Part shown: positions 51,199 to 63,833 of the stretch, one piece after another | Position numbering within the stretch: position 1 is the first letter of the stretch | Layout of the letters: every line of letters starts with the position of its first letter | Assembly (NCBI GenBank): GCA_964016885.1 | Contig: OZ024746.1 | Location: 4,960,001 to 5,024,000 of the forward strand | Reading direction: 5' to 3' | Length of the DNA: 64,000 nucleotides | Origin: Eledone cirrhosa | Taxonomy: Eukaryota | Program-made: the position numbers and the translations under genes | The notes under the pieces: model-generated | Seen by the model: the letters and a program-made list of their open reading frames with translations, nothing else | Told to the model about the DNA's origin: nothing | Database searches by the model: none

Positions 51199-52945
51199 AA
51201 TAATAATGAAATTATTGTGTACAGTGCCCAGGTGCACTACAACTCATCAAAGGTGCATGTATAGTACATAGAATAATGTTCAAATGTCAGGAAAATGAAC
51301 AGTGTATGAGTCATGATATACATGTGTGCGTGTGTATGGAGGGGGAATATTAGGTGTAGTGTTGGCGAATCTCAGGAAGCATAGAGGTTTTAAAGGATGC
51401 AGTATCTCGACAGCTAATAACTGATGCAGGTAGTTTGTTCCATGGAGGTTTTAAAGGATGCAGTGTCTCGACAGCTAACAACTGATGCAGGTAGTTTGTT
51501 GCATGGAGGTTTTAAAGGATGCAGTGTCTCGACAGCTAACAACTGATGCAGGTAGTTTGTTGCATGGAGGTTTTAAAGGATGCAGTGTCTCAACAGCTAA
51601 CAACTGATGCAGGTAGTTTGTTCCATGGAGGTTTTAAAGGATGCAGTGTCTCGACAGCTAACAACCGATGCAGGTAGTTTGTTCCATGGAGGTTTTAAAG
51701 GATGCAGTGTCTACAACTGATGCAGGTAGTTTGTTCCATGGGGGTTTTAAAGGATGCAGTGTCTCGACAGCTAATAACTGATGCAGGTAGTTTGTTCCAT
51801 GGAGGTTTTAAAGGATGCAGTGTCTTGACAGCTAATAACTGATGCAGGTAGTTTGTTCCATGGAGGTTTTAAAGGATGCAGTGTCTTGACAGCTAATAAC
51901 TGATGCAGGTAGTTTGTTCCATGGGGGTTTTAAAGGATGCAGTGTCTTGACAGCTAATAACTGATGCAGGTAGTTTGTTCCATGGAGGTTTTAAAGGATG
52001 CAGTGTCTTGACAGCTAATAACTGATGCAGGTAGTTTGTTCCATGGGGGTTTTAAAGGATGCAGTGTCTTGACAGCTAATAACTGATGCAGGTAGTTTGT
52101 TCCATGGAGGTTTTAAAGGATGCAGTGTCTTGACAGCTAATAACTGATGCAGGTAGTTTGTTCCATGGGGGTTTTAAAGGATGCAGTGTCTTGACAGCTA
52201 ATAACTGATGCAGGTAGTTTGTTCCATGGGGGTTTTAAAGGATGCAGTGTCTTGACAGCTAATAACTGATGCAGGTAGTTTGTTCCATGGAGGTTTTAAA
52301 GGATGCAGTGTCTTGACAGCTAATAACTGATGCAGGTAGTTTGTTCCATGGGGGTTTTAAAGGATGCAGTGTCTTGACAGCTAATAACTGATGCAGGTAG
52401 TTTGTTCCATGGAGGTTTTAAAGGATGCAGTGTCTTGACAGCTAATAACTGATGCAGGTAGTTTGTTCCATGGGGGTTTTAAAGGATGCAGTGTCTTGAC
52501 AGCTAATAACTGATGCAGGTAGTTTGTTCCATGGGGGTTTTAAAGGATGCAGTGTCTTGACAGCTAATAACTGATGCAGGTAGTTTGTTCCATGGAGGTT
52601 TTAAAGGATGCAGTGTCTTGACAGCTAATAACTGATGCAGGTAGTTTGTTCCATGGGGGTTTTAAAGGATGCAGTGTCTTGACAGCTAATAACTGATGCA
52701 GGTAGTTTGTTCCATGGGGGTTTTAAAGGATGCAGTGTCTTGACAGCTAATAACTGATGCAGGTAGTTTGTTCCATGGAGGTTTTAAAGGATGCAGTGTC
52801 TTGACAGCTAATAACTGATGCAGGTAGTTTGTTCCACGCTTCAGCAATTCCGAGCGTGAAAAAATGTTTCTGCAAGTCATGGGAGCTGTGCTGTTTTCTG
52901 ACTTTGTAGGCATGCCCACGTGTGTTAGACACATGGAAATCAAAG
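51199..52945 (-). mobile_element. CR1/L2-type LINE 3' end carrying an internal tandem expansion
   Basis: Both flanks match the 46350-46740 and 62828-63193 copies. Confidence 0.85.
51383..52836. repeat. 61-bp minisatellite, about 24 copies
   Basis: Unit GGAGGTTTTAAAGGATGCAGTGTCTTGACAGCTAATAACTGATGCAGGTAGTTTGTTCCAT; one unit has a 9-bp deletion near 51712; no spacers. Confidence 0.97.
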
Positions 52946-53325
52946 TGAGAAAAAACCCTATTTATGGGAGTACAAACCAGATAGACACAAAACAATATTT
53001 TATCTAAACTCGCTTATATAAATATCTTCATACTATGGTTTCGTTTACGGAAGAATTCTTATTGGACCCTATAATTGAAGAATCCACAATACTCTCCAGG
53101 GCAGTTTAAATGCTTCAAAGGTTAAGAGAAAATTGACCATTTAACCATACCAATATGGAAAGCTGATGTAAAATGATGATGATGATAAGTGATATAGCAG
53201 GGGTATAGTCTATAGTCTATTGATGTGTTGGGAAAGTTATACTTGTTGATACCAACCCATATAAATCTACTCCTGGTTTTTATATACAAAATCACCCCAT
53301 TCAAAATTGTTCATGTTTATATCAA

Positions 53326-53494
53326 CCCTTTAGCATTTAAACCTGCCACTCATACTGATATTAAGGTATTGTTCTCAAAATAAATAATATCAAAATCTCA
53401 TAGATTCGATATATTATGTGAGATAATTATGTGAAATAAAGCCTTTACCGTGAAAATACAATAGTATATCTAGAGTAATGTAAATGCTAAAGGG
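53326..53494 (+). mobile_element. piggyBac-like MITE, internally deleted copy
   Basis: TIRs CCCTTTAGCATTTA/TAAATGCTAAAGGG; TCAA and TTAA flanks. Confidence 0.8.
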
Positions 53495-54789
53495 TTAAAA
53501 TGTGTTATCATAATTATATGTACAATCTTTTATTAAGTTATTCTCCTAATATCAGTTTGATAACAACAAATTAGTTATATTTCTAAATTCTTCAAATTCT
53601 TGATTATTTTCAAAATTAATTGAAACACAGACTCCTTCCTGCTTATTAATTTTTCAGATGCCCCTCCCACTACTTATTAAATTTTGCTAATCTATCTCCA
53701 GTGAAATTTTATTTTAAGTGGTAGCATTCCTGCAACAATTAATTTTCTTTATATAATGAAAAAATATTATCCATGACATAAAAAGTACATTACTAGAAAT
53801 CCCATACATTATAAAATAAATAGGATGGGTTGAGGTCTCAATATGTAAATTAAATGACTAATTCTGGTTTTTGTAAACATTCAACAGAGACAACCTACAA
53901 AAATTACAGACCCCCACTGCTTACCCCCCCCCCAACTTATTCCACACACCCTATTATTTAGGACCTGAGAGTAGTGGTATAGTATTGGTTGTTTTAGTCT
54001 AGGTTTGGTTGTAATGGATGGTGTTCAAGTATGTCCTTGACGTTATTCTCTGTTCTTGGTAAAGAACAAAATCTGCCTATCTGGTTACAACTAACTGATG
54101 AGCAGAGAGTAAAGATTGTATGAGTTCCAAACTAGCTTTAAATATGACATAGTTGATTGATTTACAGTTGAGATAGTAATGTTGATTATCTTATAGCATG
54201 GTAGCAACACATTGAATGTTGAGGATGTGTGAGAGCTGGAAAGAAATTAGGTGAGCAAGTATGTCCTGGTAGATCTGTAATATCGTTGATATAAATGACT
54301 TTCCTCTCACACCAAATTACTGATCATCTCAACAAAAAAATTATATTTATTTTTTTAAATAAAAAAAAAATGTTTTTCTTTTTTTCAAATGTTTAAAGGA
54401 TTTGAACGTCCATCATTAAGTAGATTTGTTACATTTTATATTAGGTTTTAAATAATAATCGTTTCTACTTTAGGAACAAGCCAACAATTTGAAGGGGAGG
54501 GGAAAGTTGATTAAATCAATCCCAGTACTTACTGGTGCTCTATTTTATCGACCCCATAAGTACGAAAGGCAAAATTAACCTCGGTGGGATTTAAACTCAG
54601 ATCCTAAAGGGGCATAACTCTATGCTGCAAAACATGGCGTCCAACCCTCTACTGATACAGCCAATAGGTTGGATAGGTTTGCATACTCTCTTATCTTGAG
54701 ACCCAGAATCTCTTATTAGTAACAGCTATTTTTTCCTGAAATATAAGTGATACCAATTTCCCAGGAAGATCAAGATGTTTCATCTTCCA

Positions 54790-55210
54790 CTTCTACGGAA
54801 TGAACCTCTGTCGGTTTTGACATGCTGAAAAAGTTAATTAGGGCTTCGCCGAACAGGAAGCTGCTTGTCTTCAAACCCTTTCAAGTGGGTCCACTACACG
54901 ACCTCTATTGCCATGGCCACCAGGCAGATAAAAACTGCCTGTCCTTCCCTCTAAAGGAAGAAGTCAAGGCGATCTTCACAATGGACTCAATTGATAGCTG
55001 GATCTGTCCCACACTTGACAGCAGGTGTTTAACATAAACTCACAAGTCAGTAATACTTGAACACTCAAGTGTGTGCAGGATGGTTTTGTTGCCCTGCACA
55101 CATCTCAGACAGACCCAGCTGATGGCACTTCCAAGCCTGCAGAGTTTATCTCAAAACTGGCAAAGCTCCTTTGGTAGCGCTTGCCAGGCCAGGGATTTCT
55201 GAAAGTTATC
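54790..55210 (-). mobile_element. Degenerate L1/Tx1-like fragment related to 49049-49929
   Basis: Shares TGCCAGGCCAGGGA...GAAAGTTATC and ACAATGGACTC...GTCCCAC blocks. Confidence 0.6.
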
Positions 55211-58200
55211 AATTCCTTTCTCTATAGAACTGCAACCCTCTGGAATGCCTTTCTTGCTCACACATACTCCCCCCTACAGATGTTCTATTTCAACACATCA
55301 TCTGTATCAATCTTAAAGAGCCAGTAAAGGTAACAGGAAATGTCTTTTCTTCTTCACCCACTTATTCCTGAGAGGGTTGTGGGGGCCCCGAGTCCTCAAA
55401 CACTCCTTACAGTGGATTCTGTCAGAAGCAACTGATCTGGCTGGATCCCTTAGCGAGACCAGCCAAGCTCATGGATTTATCCAACCATATTACTCGGGGT
55501 TTACCCCTGACTCTCCTGCCAGTTGATTTTGCCCATAAAATTTGTCTAGAGATTTATTCCAGAGACATTTTAACCACATCTCTGTAGTATCGAAGCTGTG
55601 ATCTCTCAATTTGAAGAATTAGCGGCTCTAACTGGAGTGACACTCTAACCTCTGAGTTACAAATCTGTCCAGAGATTCTTTCCTGAGACTTTCTAACCAC
55701 AATAGTATTAGAGCTGTGATCTCTCAATTCGGAGAAGTAGCAGCTCTGACACTCTTATAAAACCAACTACAATTATGTACCAGGATCTGTATATTAGCCT
55801 TATCACAAACTCCAATCAATATTGCAGATAATTGTTTCACCTTCTTACACTGTAAACACAATGCTGGGTCAGCAATGGTATTTATAAGGGGGCTTGTCAC
55901 AATTAAAAAAAACAACCCTCTCCACTTACAAATTACAGAAGACACAATTCTATATTATAAGTACAGTCATGTGTGTGTAAGAGTAAGTTGTCTAATATGA
56001 ATATAAATGAAAACATTCAATGAGTTATGTAATACTTGATGACAATAATAGTTTTAGGTATATTACTAAGAAGGGCCTGACAGTTATCCATGCCAGTGTG
56101 TGTGTGTATATACATATACTACAATAGTACATCTATTTTATAAAACTACGTCTAAAGATGACCTATCATATTATAGAGCCCCTAGTGTATGGATGTCATG
56201 TTGTGTTCTTGAGCAAAACACTTCATTTCTTGTTGCTCCAGTATACTCAGCTGAAAATGAGTACCAGCAATAGCTGGGGGTTTAACCCTGCGATGGACTG
56301 GTGTCCTGTCCAGTGGGGTGTCTTGTACTGTCAGTCGCTTAATGCCATGAAACCAGGATAAGCACCAGCCTAACAGGCCTCCTGGCTTAAGATAGACTTT
56401 AACCTTTTGATGGGGTGTTACGACATGGGAGGTGTAGGGAAGGGGTGATAGCAGGGAAGGTGGCGCACACTAGATGCATGCCTCAACCCATGCACATGGT
56501 AAGGCGAGCTCCCTGAGAATTACATTAGAGGTACACATGTCTGTGGAATGCTCAGCCACTTACACGTTAATTTCCTGAGCAAGCTGTTCTATTAATCAAA
56601 CAAGTGGAACACTCATCATCCAAAGCAACATTTTATAAGGGTTAGCACAATCTATTTCAGTATTTACAACAGAAACAAGTGAGATATGAGGAATAATTTA
56701 CTTTGTGCAAACATACAGCATAGAGGACTTAATAGGTTGAATGGATAAATATATAAAAAGTGTAGTGGGGGGGGGGGGGGGGGACTAAATATAAATGGAA
56801 GGAGGAATTTAGATGGGAGTGAGATAATTACTTAGGATAGGTATGATATTATCAAAATACAGTAGATAATTTACATAAATCTTATCAAAAATATGATCTA
56901 GGGCAAGTGTCATTTACCATACCCTCAGACCTTGTTTGTGAAACTGGTATTGAATGCTTTCATGTTTTTTCTCACAATTTTCCAGTTTTTCAATCAGTCG
57001 AAACACAGTTATGTTGTTTAGCTACAGACCAGCCTCAACCGAGCAGACCTTTTATCAAAGACATTCCAACTTACCCTCAGGTATTGCATATCTAAAACTA
57101 CATTATCCAGCATATTAATCCCTTTTCAAGACAGTAAGGTATAATTTAAAGGGCATTTAGCTGCTATTTCTAGCAAGGAGTGACCATGTATTTATTTGAG
57201 AGATGTGTGCTATAGAACCAGAAAGGTAATGTTTTGTTTGAAGGAAGTCCTGGTGTTAATTCAATTTACTTATTATATTGCTAAGTGGACGTCACTCTGC
57301 TGCAAGTATTTGGACCACGTCTCTATTTCAGATAACTTCCTCCTTCCTTTCACCAGTCATGAAGGTCCTGTCCCTTTATTCTGGACTGAATGGTAAAAAT
57401 ATGTATGTATGGAGCCATAACTCCTGATGGAGGTGCAGGGACGCTTGAGTGATATACGGCATATCTTGGGCATTTAAAACCTTCTCAAGGTCTGAATGCA
57501 ACCAGTTTCTTCCACAGAGAGTGAAAGAGAAAGGGGAAACATTTTACAAAAAAATGAAAGGTAAAGTTGCTCTTGGCAAGATTTGAACACAGAGAGTCAT
57601 AAAAATTACTGCAAAGTATTCTATCTGCCGTTCTAACAACTCTGCCAATTCACTGCCGATAAATGGTAAAAAATCAATAAATACAGTGGAATGATGTTAG
57701 CCAGAAATCAAAACTGTTAAAGACTTAACTTTACAAGGCCTTACCATTTCTTTAGTGTTCACTATTTCATATCATTAAACAAAAATAAAACTAATTCCTC
57801 TTTAATTATGTTTTTTTAATTATTTACAATATCAAACAATTTTTTTAATTATTTACAATACTAAAGAATTTTTCCTTTATATCATTCATTTTGTCAATAA
57901 GTGTTGTTGGTTGTAGGTTTTTTATGGTAATACTGACAAGGAGTGTCTTTACAATTTTGGTGGAATAAATACAAGGTATTTTTGTTTGTTACACCAGTTT
58001 ATCTTGCTCATGTATTTATTTTACCAAATCACACACACATATGATTCTTGCTAACTCTGTCACATTCCACTTCACCCCTAGCTTTCACCAAGAGACATCA
58101 ACTAAAGTTCCTGTTCAACCATTAACCAATGTTAAAAACTTTCTGGCATGGAAATGAATCTTATACAGATTCACTGATGAGAGTCTTTAAAGACTGAACA

Positions 58201-58984
58201 TTTTGAATATGAGTTGAAAAATAAACCTCATTTGGTCACATTTCATAAGAGTATCTTGGCCAGCCTATGAACTTTTCAGCCAAACCTTGTAAAACATCAG
58301 GTTATATTTCTTTATATGAAGTTTAACATCACTAAAGATTTTGTATAACATATAGAATGTTTTTGTGTAGAGCAACAGAAAGGGACCCGCATTAAATAAG
58401 GTACTCAATACATTAGTAGAGAAAGTGCTTCATATATTTCAGATAGAAATTATTTCTACAAGAGCAGAAATGTTTTATTTAGTTGGAATCATTAAGAAAT
58501 TTCTGATGATTTGAACTGAATGAAACAGTTCTAGTCCTGTAGAAGTCACTTCTATATTATATATACATGTGAAGGTGGGTGGCTTAGTAGTTTAAAAATC
58601 AGATTCACAATCTTGATGTTGTGAGTTCAATCCCAGGTAATGCATTGTGACCTTCAGCAAGACACTATATTTCATGTTGTTCAAGTTTACTCAGCTGTAG
58701 AAATGAGTTGTGACATCACTGATGCCAAGCTGTATCTGCCCTTGGACAACATTGTTGACATGGAGAGGGGAGACCGGTATGCATGAGCAACTGCTGGTCT
58801 TCCACAAAAATACATTTCCCAGACTTTAGTCTCAGAAGGGAAACTTTGTAGGTGCAAATCTCATCGTAATTTGTGACCAAAGTGGGTTTTTACACTTTTT
58901 TTTAAATATATACATATAAAATAAAAAATAATAATAATAATGAAATTATTGTGTAAAGTGCTCAGGTGCACTACATATGTATGT

Positions 58985-59325
58985 CAATGTGCGTGAATGA
59001 CCAAGCATAGATGAGTTGAGAGAGAAACTGGGTATAAGAGGGATAAGTTGTGGTGTGCAGGAGAGAAGACTGAGATAGTATGGACATGTGATGTGCATGG
59101 ACTATGACCGCTGGGTAAAGAGGTGCCAAGAAATCCCAGTAGAAGGAAGACGCAGTAGAGGAAGACCATGAAAAACATGGGCGTAGGTGGTGAGAGCAGA
59201 CCTCAGATCGCTGAAGCTCACGGAGGAGATGACGAAGGACTGTGACAAGTAGAGAGATGCTGTGTTGAATAGGACCTGTCCCACCTTCACAAGCAAGGAA
59301 AAGCGGATGTAAAATGATGATGATG
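58985..59325 (+). mobile_element. RTE LINE 3' end fragment
   Basis: Homologous to 48627-48860; (GAT)n tail. Confidence 0.8.
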
Positions 59326-59867
59326 AGATGTATGTATATATATATATATGTGTGGTTGGTGTTACGAAGGGCAGCCAGCTGTGACCCCCCCCCCCCCCCC
59401 CCCCCCCCATACAGTTCCTTTAGATCAAGTTACGGCGGTGTGGCTTTGTGGCCAGACTTGTCTCATAATGTAGATAACTTGTTTAACTCATGCAATATAT
59501 ATACATAAAATACACACATACATATACACACATATATACACATAAAATACACACATATATATACATAAAATACACACATACATATTTTCCTGGATATTTG
59601 TTCACGTCATTCTATATCTGATTTCTGTACAAAGTCTTTTCAAAATCAAATTAATTGCCATTTTGAGAAAATAGATTATTTCAATCTATCATTGAGAATT
59701 GAGTGTGCAATTCCAGATTTATCAAATGGTGTTGCACTTGGGTAACGGAGACGATCATAAATTCCATTTATATACACACACATACACACATATATAAATA
59801 TATTGAAATGGCAAGAGCTCAGCCATTGGGTCCTGACTCTTTATAATATATATATTAAACTGTATAT

Positions 59868-60081
59868 GTGAAGGTGTGTGGCTGAGTGGTTACAGAATTA
59901 GATTCACAATCTTGAGGTTGTGAGTTCGATTCTTGGACCGGGCAATGCGTTATGTCCTTGAGCAAGACACTTTATTTCACGTTGCTCCTTCTACCTGGAG
60001 TTGCGACCGATAGATAGTACTAGCAACTGGAAAGACCGACATAAACATTATTTCCTTGGTCTGATTTGATGAAAGTCGATC
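59868..60081 (+). mobile_element. tRNA-derived SINE family B (related copies 58569-58890, 60698-60915, 30120-30385)
   Basis: A-box TGGCTGAGTGG 59879-59889, B-box GAGTTCGATTC 59922-59932. Confidence 0.8.
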
Positions 60082-60364
60082 TTTTTTTTTTTAACCTGAG
60101 TATATAATGTTTTTTAATAAATAGATGAATAAGGGTGGAATAAATGGAGATGTTTAGTCACGATAGATAAATAAAAAAAATAATAATTCCCAAAATTATA
60201 AAATAATTGGATAGTTTGCTTTCTTCTTTTTAGAGTTCTTTATGTTTGTTGTAAAAAAATAATAATTAATAATGGGCAACTGTTCATATGTGAAAGATTT
60301 ATCTGTGGCAAAATAGAAACACTTCAATATGGATATCACAGGAAGTTTTTTATGGAGTCATTTG

Positions 60365-60466
60365 TTACTGAACTGTTTCTGTTTTCCCATAGAGAAATGC
60401 CAGAGATGGTTCAATATTGGAGACACACTCTTTACAGATTATTCCTCCTTCCACTGTTTGGGACAT
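60365..60466 (-). CDS. FBH1: FBH1 terminal exon (MSQTVEGGIICKECVSNIEPSLAFLYGKTETVQ*)
   Basis: TACTAAC branch point at 60501-60495, cccttgtag acceptor, TAA at 60367-60365; resembles the vertebrate GGYLCHSC...PLAFL segment. Confidence 0.85.
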   Translation of the reverse strand: MSQTVEGGIICKECVSNIEPSLAFLYGKTETVQ

Positions 60467-60690
60467 CTACAAGGGAATATATATACAATATTATGTTAGT
60501 ATATGATTTATCTACAAGGGAATATATATACAATATTATGTTAGTACATGATTTATCTACAAGGGAATATATATACAATATTATGTTAGTACATGATTTA
60601 TTTACAAGGGAATATATATACAATATTATGTTAGTATATGTATGATTCATCTACATAAGGGAATATATATACAATACAATATTAGTATGT
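60466..60690. repeat. 45-bp minisatellite (4 units plus a degenerate fifth) spanning the FBH1 last 3' splice site
   Basis: Units start at 60466, 60511, 60556, 60601 and about 60650. Confidence 0.93.
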
Positions 60691-61642
60691 ATGGCAATGA
60701 AGGCGTGTGGCTGAGTGGTTAGAGAATTGGATTCGCAATCGTAAAGTTGTGAGTTCCATTCTTGCACCGGGCAATGCGTTATGTCCTTCAGCAAGACACT
60801 TTATTTCACGTTGCTCCTTCTACCTGGAGTTGAGACCGATAGATAGTATTAGTAATTGGAAAGACCCATGGAAACATTGTTTCCTCGGTCCGATTTGACG
60901 AATGTCGATCGATCTTAATTATGGAATGGATCACACTTCTATAAAGACTCAGCCTCTGTTAGAAATATGGTTTCTGATTTAGGAACAAAGCCAACAATTT
61001 TGGGGGAGGGGAAAGTTGATAAAAGGCAAAGCTAACCTAGGTGGGATTTAAACTCAGAACATAAAAGGCCGTAACTCTATGCTGCAAAGCATAGTGTCCG
61101 ATGCTCTACCGATTACTGCCACTCTACCCTATATAGCAAGAGAGGGCAGGAATAGGAAAATGTGAAATCTTACCATACTTTGCTTCAATTATGATGAATG
61201 TCCATTAATGGACATCATCATCATCTTACTAATTCACTATTTAGCCAAAAGAAAATCATTCAAGAATTTATTCTTTCTGGATATGTATGTGTGTGTGTCT
61301 GTATTTGTGTATATGTGTGTATCATCATCATCATCATCGTTTAACATCCATCTTCCATGCTAGCATGGGTTAGACGGTTTTGTCCCACTTGAAGCAAGAT
61401 TGGTCGAGAGACCGTGTCTCGCTCGTACAGAACTGCTTCTGTATGTCTATAACAACATCAGAACAATGAGAAATATATTACAACTATATTACAACAATCA
61501 GTTCTTAAAAAGATGTCCAACCTTTGTTAGCAGGGAAAGTGGATGTTAAAACAATGATGATGATGATGATGTTGATGGCCATCTGGAAATATATTAAAGG
61601 GTTGAAGAAGAAGAATACAAAAGAAGAAAATATTAATCTTAC

Positions 61643-61777
61643 CGTCTTGACAGTTTCTCTGTAGAGGAAGATGCCTGTCTTGGTTTTTTGTTTTACTCTT
61701 GAGTTACATATACAACAAACTAAGGATTTTTCAGAAGTTGTTAACTCATCCGAAGATACCACTTGCAATCTTGAACC
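61643..61777 (-). CDS. FBH1: FBH1 exon (GSRLQVVSSDELTTSEKSLVCCICNSRVKQKTKTGIFLYRETVKT)
   Basis: tttgacag acceptor, gtaaga donor; 135 bp, open only in phase 0. Confidence 0.85.
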
Positions 61778-61814
61778 CTGTCAAAGATATATTTGATATA
61801 TATATAACACACTA

Positions 61815-62345
61815 GACCCAGAAAAATCTCGGACAACTTGATAAAGTCCGACCTTGCACACTTGCACCTCTCTAAGACAATGTCACTGGATCGAGATCTT
61901 TGGCGCCATGCAGTATTACCGAAGACCCACCTTCCTTACGTGCAAAGTTAACCTACAGTCAGTAGGCCCCTCCAAACCAAACATACACCCCAACCCACTA
62001 CCCCTACTCCATCCTCCCACTCCCGGCAACACCACCCTTTCTCTGTAAAGTTATGTTGGTACTACAACATCCAGTCCAAACTAATGAGATCGTGTAGGTG
62101 TCACAACAAACAAAAAACACACAGTCCACGCTGTAATGTGGCCGTGTAGGTAACACGGTAAAAAGTTGCCAGTCCACACTGTAAATGTGGTTGGTGATAG
62201 GAAGTGCATCCAGCCGTAGAAAACCTGCCAGATAGTCCTATATGAGCGAGACACGGTCACCCAACCAATCTTGCTTCAAGTGGGACAACTCTCGTCTAAC
62301 CCATGCTAGCGTGGAAGATAGAAGTTAAACGATGATGATGATGAT
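61815..62345 (+). mobile_element. RTE LINE 3' end in an FBH1 intron
   Basis: Homologous to 3885-4410; (GAT)n tail. Confidence 0.8.
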
Positions 62346-62432
62346 ACATATATATATATATATATCTGAAATCACGACTGACCAAAGGTATTTTCCCAAA
62401 CTTTATATCTGTATAAAAATCTGAATACTCAC

Positions 62433-62533
62433 ACTATATTCATCAATCAAAACACGCAAGTAGTCTGTCAAATGGAGAGAATACTTTGCCCGAGTTATGG
62501 CCACATAAAATAAATTCCTCTCATCTTGAGTGT
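62433..62533 (-). CDS. FBH1: FBH1 exon with helicase motif VI (DTQDERNLFYVAITRAKYSLHLTDYLRVLIDEYS)
   Basis: tttttag acceptor, gtgagt donor; YVAxTRA is the UvrD/Rep SF1 signature. Confidence 0.92.
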
Positions 62534-62827
62534 CTAAAAATAATAAAAATACAGAATTATACTGAAATATTTCTATTTAAAGATGAGTTATCAATTTACA
62601 ATCATCACCATTAACAACAACATTTATGGGAAGTGTAGGTGGCTGAATAGCTAGGATGTAGGTTTGATTAGTGGAAAAGACACATAACTGCCCACCTCGC
62701 AGTAATTTGGGGTCGATAAAATAAAGTCTCTTTCAAACCAGAAGGCTTGAGAGAGACTTTGGCAAGGATAATTTATGAAAAACCTCCCCCACATTATGAA
62801 AATATAAGTAATAAAAAAAAGAAGAAA

Positions 62828-63193
62828 ATGAAATTCCATACATCTAACACCTGTGGGTATGCTTACAAAGTCAGAAAACAGTACAGCTCCCGTGACTTTC
62901 AGAAACATTTTTTCACGCTCATAATTGCTGAAGCATGGAACAAACTACCTGCATCAGTTGTTAACTCTCGGGTTAGGGTGCATCCTTCAAAACCTCCATG
63001 CTTCTTGAAATTTGCCAACACTACACCTGATATTCCACCTCCATACACACACACACACATGCATGTATCTGTATGTATATCATGACTCATACAGTTCACT
63101 TTCCTGACATTTGTAAATTAATCTATGTACTATACATGCACCTTTGATAAGTTGTAGTGCACCTGAGCACTGTACAATAATTTTCATTATATT
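62828..63193 (+). mobile_element. CR1/L2-type LINE 3' end (unexpanded copy) in an FBH1 intron
   Basis: NTCGYAYKVRKQYSSRDFQKHFFTLIIAEAWNKLP plus the shared 3' UTR and ATT tail. Confidence 0.82.
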
Positions 63194-63295
63194 AAGATTC
63201 ATTGATGATTGATATAATTGTGACTAATATATCAAATATTTGTCATGGGAATTAAAGAAGGATGGTAATAGTTTAGCAGTTGTAATTATACAAAC

Positions 63296-63373
63296 CTAGG
63301 TTGAAGTCATTAAGGACCTTCACTGTATCAAATTCAAGACCTTTAGATTTGTGGGCAGTGGTAAAGACCATTT
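63296..63373 (-). CDS. FBH1: FBH1 exon with helicase motif V (EMVFTTAHKSKGLEFDTVKVLNDFNL)
   Basis: attttag acceptor, gtttgt donor; TxHxxKGLEF is the SF1 signature. Confidence 0.92.
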
Positions 63374-63833
63374 CTAAAATAAGAGAGAACTTAATAAATA
63401 CAAAAATAAAGAACAACAAAAAATCAATGTTATAATTATCATTAAAACATTATCATCTTCATTATATTTGAACATCAACCCCGACCTCCCCATTAAGCTA
63501 GCAGAAGTGTATGGGTCTACTAAAGTCTTTTATCAGCCCAGAGGCTCACCAGGCTGATGCTTTCCCCAGTTTCTATGGTGTTAAGTGACTGAGAGTACAA
63601 GACTTCCCCCCTGAGCAGGACACCCTTTAAAATGGGTGGTTTTCAGAGAACCAGGTTAACGAATAATTAATTATTTCATTACTAAGATAGCAAGTTAACA
63701 TATGGATCTTATAAAAAATTATGTTCGAAGATTTTAAATAGGAACTCTTTAAGATGGGTAGCTTTGTTTCATAGAATAAGAGCTGGTATTAGATCTTATT
63801 CTATGATATATAATATCAAACAGGTTAACTTAC

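Noticed and set aside
51383-52836. CRISPR-like regular array (also 16122-16460 and 60466-60690)
   Set aside because: Head-to-tail units with no unique spacers, no cas genes and a eukaryotic context; the 61-bp unit is LINE-derived.
57240-57530. Non-repetitive, moderately GC-rich block that might be an extra exon
   Set aside because: Only short ORFs with no recognisable motif and no convincing pair of splice sites.
60352-60650. Repeat-peptide ORFs on both strands (STREYIYNIMLV; TNIILYIYSLVDK)
   Set aside because: Products of the 45-bp repeat; neither is the FBH1 frame, which hits a stop within the unit.
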